Positions 60,534-64,000 of a stretch of 64,000 bases of DNA are shown in pieces (the first letter of the stretch is position 1; each line of letters opens with the position of its first letter). The stretch lies in assembly GCA_043228905.1 (NCBI GenBank), contig JBHGNT010000005.1, forward strand, positions 19,778,001 through 19,842,000, written 5' to 3'. The notes beneath the pieces were generated by a model. That model saw only the letters and a program-made list of their open reading frames with translations. It was not told where the DNA came from and did not search any database. Source of the stretch: Azolla caroliniana. Taxonomy: Eukaryota > Plantae > Polypodiophyta. Both the position numbers and the translations under genes were made by a program.

Positions 60534-63500
60534 ATGGGAGTCGAAAACTATCATGTTGTGGAGCTTGTCGGAGAAGGATCCTTCGGGAAAGTATACAAAG
60601 GGAGGCGCAAATACACTGGACAGGTTAGGCAACACCGCCATTATATCCCCCCCCCCCCCCCCCCCCCCCCCCCTTTCTTTGCGACATTTTCCCTCACCAT
60701 TATAGCTGACGGAGGATTCATTTCTCCTAGTTTTTTTAATGTTTTGGCAAATGTACCAGAGATGCTATGGAATGACACCTTGAACTCCATTTCTGTGTGA
60801 TTTTTTAGCTGTGCAGATTTACATCTCTTTGTCAATGTATGAGAAAATATACTCTGCATCCTAGACAACGAAACCTGCTACCTTTTGTTGTGTGTGATTC
60901 TTCTTATCATTCTAGCTCCACATTTCCGGTCCTGCATTAACGTTTAACTCACATTTTGACGAGATATTTCCACACCATAGTAGCATCAAATTTCATTTTC
61001 ATCCATGATTTACTTGAGACTGAGTTAAATCCTGTTCTGTACGTTATTTCATTATCATTCTATCATGGGTTTACATCTTCCATTTTTGGATTAGATTCGA
61101 ATGACTTTGCCTCTCATCCATGTATTGTTTCAAACTCCATTGCTGTGTGTTATATCCTTATCATTATTACACACATTCACATTTTCATTCATGCATTACC
61201 CTGAACTCACATTTCTATGCGATATTGGTTGCTACTCGGGCACAAAGTTACACTTTCTTTGATGATTCTATTTTGTATTTTCTAATGTTGATTTTTTATC
61301 TTTCTTTATGCATTATCTTTAAACTACATGTCTTTGTGATATTTCCTTACCATTCCTGTACAAATTTACATTTTCGTTACCATATTATCTTTAATTCCAA
61401 CTCTATGTCCTAATTCTTAGCATTCATGTTTGATTTTGATATATTCTTTTCATCTCTAGGGAAATGCAGTAGCCATGTTAGAAAAGCGACACCTTTAACT
61501 CCGTTTCTTAGCATTCTAGCACATATTTTCTTTCTCTTTATCAATTTCCTTTATCTTCATCTCAGCACTGTATTAATTAGCATTGTAGCGTCAATTTATA
61601 TTTTCATTACTTAGAAAATATACTTGACAAGACAGAAGAGGACATGTTTAACTCTATTCCTGTGTGATTATACATGAATTAAAACATAAAACGATGTTTG
61701 CTACAAATTGCCTTTGATCTCGGTATGTATATGCTTTTCTTAACAGCACGAAACTGTAGCAAATACACTGCAAAGATTGAAAAGTGGAATCTTCAACTCG
61801 GTGTCCATGCGAGTTCTCTTTGCTTTCTAATATCAATATATGTTTTCATCCATTTCCAAGCAGTGTTTTCAATTAGTGCATTTTCTTGGTGCACAGAATC
61901 AACAGTGTGGATAAATCTGTTTAACTACATTTGCATATATTTGCATTTGCTGATTGTGCATGCTTCTTAACAGTCCCAAAATTTACAACTTCTCTGTCCA
62001 AGGTCCTTCATGCAATGCTTTTTTTGATTTCAATGTCCATGCAATACAGACGGTGGCTATGAAGTTCATCCTTAAACATGGCAAAAGCGATAAGGACATT
62101 GATAATTTACGACAAGAGATTGAGGTGATTTCTTGAAGCTAATTTACCAAAATGGCTTCAGACGCTAAATCCTGAGGACAAAATTCTCATAACTGATTAT
62201 CACTTTTTTGTTTACTCTAATAATATCATTGACTCTTACACATTTTTTTTCTCCACATAAAAAAATTCAGATCCTCCGAAATCTGAAGCATGAAAATATT
62301 ATTGCAATGTTGGATGCGTTTGAAAGCCCTCAAGAATTTTGTGTGGTTACTGAATTTGCACAGGTGAGATCTTGATGTATGGAAGACAGAAGAAAATTAA
62401 GTAAGGCTACCTTTCTTTTGATTGATAATAGCACAGAATGGTGCTAAATGCTTGCTTTATGGGCACATTAAGATTTCTCCTTCTATGAAATGATGCATCA
62501 AGAAATTGACTTTTTGTACGATTTCCATTATTTGCATGCTGATTTACAGAGAAGAAATTAGGATGTTATAAAATGAAACAACCTACATAAAAGAAATTAG
62601 GATGTTATAAAATGAAACAATCTACATAAAAGAAATTAGGATGTTATAAAATGAAACAATCTACATAAAAGAAATTAGGATGTCATGTTCTAAAATCTAT
62701 CGAAATCTTGTTAAAGAGAATTATGGTTGCAATATAGAGCCAATAAAGAATGGGTAACATAAATTTGGACTATGGTGGCACATGAATCTGTTCATGTGTT
62801 CATTGGTTCTTCAAACTTGACTTAGAAAAGTCTAGAGTCATGTCATTTACTCGTCTATTTTGAAACATTTATCTACTGCATGTCTGAGGCCTCTTATTCA
62901 TATTCTTGGTGCTAGATCTGAAGCAAATATGGTTATTATTACAGGGAAGCGTTTCCATTTCCTTCACATACTCCTGGTCATCATGACGACATTGTGCTAT
63001 ATGGGCCTCAGACTCTTGAGAATACTTTTTGACCTTGGATTGATGACCTCTGCACCTACTCTACACCTGTGATTTCCCTATTAGAATTGTAATGAATCAG
63101 AAACATACAATAAGATTCTTCTGTAGGGTGGTAAGATTAGCCTGAAAAATTCTATCTGAATCTCTGATCCTTACTGACTGCCACTGCATATGGTCATTGT
63201 CACCTCATCACCTTCATGATCTCAGTCTAAATGTCTTGCTCGTCGCTGCAGGAGAGAATTACCTCCACTAAAGAAGGATCCATAACTTCCATGATAATAT
63301 CTAGAAATTTAATGATTTGGATTGAACTTAAGGTACTTCCTATAATGTACTTGTAATAGAAAGACTACCTAGAATCAGATCTTTTGATGGGGGACATTAC
63401 AATTTTCATGCCCCTCTCTAACATGTTGCAAACTCCAGCATCAAATTTGATTGCATAACATGCTATGATGAGACTCAAAAGGTTTTGTTTTTAACTAAAG

Positions 63501-63750
63501 TGGGCACTTATCAGAACCGTTTATGTAAAAAGAAAACAATATGATATGCATTGTCATTATAACGTTCAGTTGGTCTGGACATCATCGTCAGACTTTGGGT
63601 TTATCCCGCAAAGTTCAAACAATGATGCATCTTAATAAAGCTACTGCCTCTCTTGGTTTGTTTTATGGAATGCAGGGTGAGTTGTTTGAGATTTTGGAAG
63701 ATGATAAACAACTGCCAGAAGCCCAAGTTCAGGCAATAGCCAAGCAGCTT
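60534..63750 (+). CDS. TIO: FUSED-family Ser/Thr kinase TWO-IN-ONE, partial; exons 60534-60623, 62050-62124, 62271-62363, 63676-63750; continues beyond the window
   Basis: Spliced in phase 0: [111 protein letters not shown], the characteristic N-terminus of plant TIO/FUSED; all introns GT-AG. Confidence 0.93.
60647..60673. repeat. C27 homopolymer in TIO intron 1
   Basis: Read directly from the sequence. Confidence 0.85.
62552..62683. repeat. 39-bp tandem repeat, about 3.3 copies, in TIO intron 3
   Basis: AGAAATTAGGATGTTATAAAATGAAACAATCTACATAAA repeated. Confidence 0.9.
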
Positions 63751-64000
63751 GTAAGCTATAATCTTGAAACTTTGAACTTTATCTGGTTTACACTCATATA
63801 GAACGCACTGTTATTCAAACATTTTATAGCATGAGAATTCACTGTGAGTTTGATGTTAGCATTTATTATCAGACCTTTGAACATTTAGCTATCTATGCAT
63901 TTTGAATATTTTCATGGCATGTGTGTGCTTGTATAAATACTTCGTATTATCTATTTGGAACTAACTAGCTGCTTCTCAGATAAATGTATAGAATCTGAAC

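Overview
Eukaryotic land-plant genomic DNA. The intronless PLS-type PPR gene, Tcn1/Galadriel-like chromoviruses and long GA/CAT microsatellites suggest a fern or other non-angiosperm (inference only). Three host genes are visible: a 3-coding-exon gene whose C-terminus resembles the PCH1 photomorphogenesis family (12597-16274), a PLS-E PPR gene (44086-46833), and the first four exons of a FUSED/TIO kinase (60534-63750, running off the window). Most of the rest is decayed, nested transposable elements, several with boundaries fixed by LTR termini and target-site duplications: five Ty1/Copia elements, at least three Ty3/Gypsy (chromovirus) remnants, solo LTRs, a non-autonomous LTR element and a Mutator-like transposase. 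The most unusual signals are: (1) Gypsy-type LTRs carrying a tRNA-derived A/B-box Pol III cassette antisense in U3; (2) a Copia family with two PPTs and a conserved hairpin around the functional PPT; (3) a MULE transposase with an N-terminal integrase-like HHCC zinc finger. All calls were made by eye; no database searches were run.
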